A DNA stretch of 63,379 nucleotides from an uncultured Anaerolineales bacterium (lineage in GTDB: Bacteria > Chloroflexota > Anaerolineae > B4-G1): positions 1-63,379 of the forward strand of contig CAYMHT010000004.1 in assembly GCA_964390305.1 (NCBI GenBank), in the 5' to 3' direction. This document shows, piece after piece, positions 63,333 through 63,379 of the stretch; position 1 is the stretch's first letter, and each line of letters begins with the position of its first letter. The translations under genes and the position numbers were made by a program. The notes below the pieces were generated by a model. That model saw only the letters and a program-made list of their open reading frames with translations, had not been told where the DNA came from and did not search any database.

Positions 63333-63361
63333 TTGACCTTCGACTCACAAAGTGCTAAAAT
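63333..63361 (+). promoter_or_regulatory. sigma-70-type promoter candidate for a gene beyond the window end
   Basis: TTGACC (63333-63338), 17 nt, TAAAAT (63356-63361), preceded by TGC. Confidence 0.5.
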
Positions 63362-63379
63362 CGGATACACGTCAAGCCG

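Noticed and set aside
1-63379. Search for CRISPR arrays, IS elements or transposases, integrases, prophage genes, toxin-antitoxin pairs or known defence-system ATPases and nucleases.
   Set aside because: No spaced identical repeats, no terminal inverted repeats around an ORF, and none of the protein translations show transposase, integrase, recombinase or defence-type motifs.

Overview
GC-rich (judged by eye, not computed) bacterial chromosomal segment, densely coding on both strands. I call 57 intact protein genes, one peroxiredoxin gene interrupted by an in-frame TAG, one tRNA-Arg(UCU) and one glmS ribozyme. Content is mostly housekeeping: 2-oxoacid dehydrogenase E2/E3, pyrimidine-nucleoside phosphorylase, rlmN, a GT2/GT-C/YfhO glycosylation operon, scpB, nnr, cysteine desulfurase-mnmA, pyrFED, cmk, two tandem glmS-type genes, a NarL-type two-component pair, rpsO-pnp-lepB and murJ. 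Gram-positive-type families (YfhO, YtxH, DegV, LysM-M23, glmS ribozyme) and near-consensus sigma-70 promoters, several with a TG-extended -10, suggest a Terrabacteria lineage; Chloroflexota/Thermomicrobia-like is only my guess. I found no transposase, integrase, CRISPR array or recognisable defence gene. Most worth a second look: (1) a GcvH-like lipoyl carrier, an HdrD/GlcF-type CCG-domain Fe-S protein and a full-length lipoate-protein ligase (52.6-55.6 kb) with no glycine-cleavage partners, possibly a compact lipoate-dependent thiol/disulfide module; (2) a glmS ribozyme with all core motifs but two large structured insertions, followed by two tandem glmS paralogues; (3) a 1.08-kb gene-free, hairpin-rich region (40.29-41.37 kb) containing an orphan near-consensus promoter and a possible ~110-nt sRNA; (4) a bcp gene with an in-frame TAG just after the catalytic Cys. 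All functional calls come from motif recognition by eye; no database search was run.
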